A DNA stretch of 47,359 nucleotides, taken from Eubacteriales bacterium. Lineage in GTDB: Bacteria; Bacillota; Clostridia; Oscillospirales; CAG-272. The position numbers were made by a program, and so were the translations under genes. Below, piece after piece: positions 47,290-47,359 of this stretch. The notes under the pieces are model-generated. The model searched no databases, was not told where the DNA came from, and saw only the letters and a list, made by a program, of their open reading frames with translations. Numbering within the stretch: position 1 is the stretch's first letter; every line of letters starts with the position of its first letter. Location of the stretch: the NCBI GenBank assembly GCA_045655145.1, contig JAZOOW010000103.1:1-47359 (forward strand), read 5' to 3'.

Positions 47290-47359
47290 TCAGAGAATCA
47301 GCATCGCGTCGCCGAAGGAGAAGAAGCGGTATTCCTCTTCGACGGCGAGGCGGTAGGCG
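47290..47359 (-). CDS. queA: 3' end of S-adenosylmethionine:tRNA ribosyltransferase-isomerase (QueA), partial
   Basis: Translated by hand: ...AYRLAVEEEYRFFSFGDAMLIL*, which matches my recollection of the conserved QueA C-terminus (YRFFSFGDAM). Only 23 codons are visible. Confidence 0.5.
   Translation of the reverse strand, partial: AYRLAVEEEYRFFSFGDAMLIL

Noticed and set aside
1-47359. Looked for CRISPR arrays, tRNA/rRNA genes, transposases, integrases, phage genes, toxin-antitoxin pairs and defence-system-like operons.
   Set aside because: None seen. There is no spaced direct-repeat array and no tRNA-like T-arm motif in the few long intergenic regions. All ORFs over 100 aa outside the core genes are accounted for: a membrane protein, an RNHCP protein, a secreted protein, TetR and the SpoIIE-like gene.

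Overview
GC-rich Firmicutes (Clostridia-type) chromosomal segment made almost entirely of core housekeeping genes. From left to right: (1) the 3' end of potA plus potB-potC-potD, a spermidine/putrescine ABC importer (+). (2) The rpmH-rnpA-yidD-yidC-jag-mnmE block (+). (3) A small divergent pair, a 120-aa membrane protein and an RNHCP zinc-ribbon protein. (4) A complete 31-gene S10-spc-alpha ribosomal superoperon on the - strand (rpsJ to rplQ, including secY, adk, map, infA, rpmJ, rpoA). (5) A ~760-bp promoter/leader region. (6) An uncharacterised multi-pass membrane protein and polA (+). (7) A fucI-fucU-kinase mini-cluster (-). (8) An eight-gene aromatic amino-acid operon (-): aminotransferase, pheA, aroB, aroC, aroE-aroK fusion, aroA, tyrA, DAHP synthase. 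(9) An 885-aa secreted protein with an internal tandem duplication (-), divergent from a TetR regulator (+). (10) A short SpoIIE-type PP2C phosphatase (-) and the 3' end of queA (-). I saw no rRNA, tRNA, CRISPR array, transposase, integrase or recognisable defence/toxin module, and I found no convincing novel multi-gene system. This is mostly an ordinary core region. The oddities most worth a second look are: rplC has no stop codon and reads in frame into rplD; five intergenic terminator hairpins are built on the same CACCC(C)GTGTGT core; infA appears to start at a non-ATG/GTG codon; a perfect palindrome sits at the start site of the aromatic operon; PotD carries both a lipobox and a C-terminal TM anchor; L24 has a Cys4 insertion; the SpoIIE-like gene is truncated and its start abuts the queA terminator; and the duplicated secreted protein is paired with TetR.
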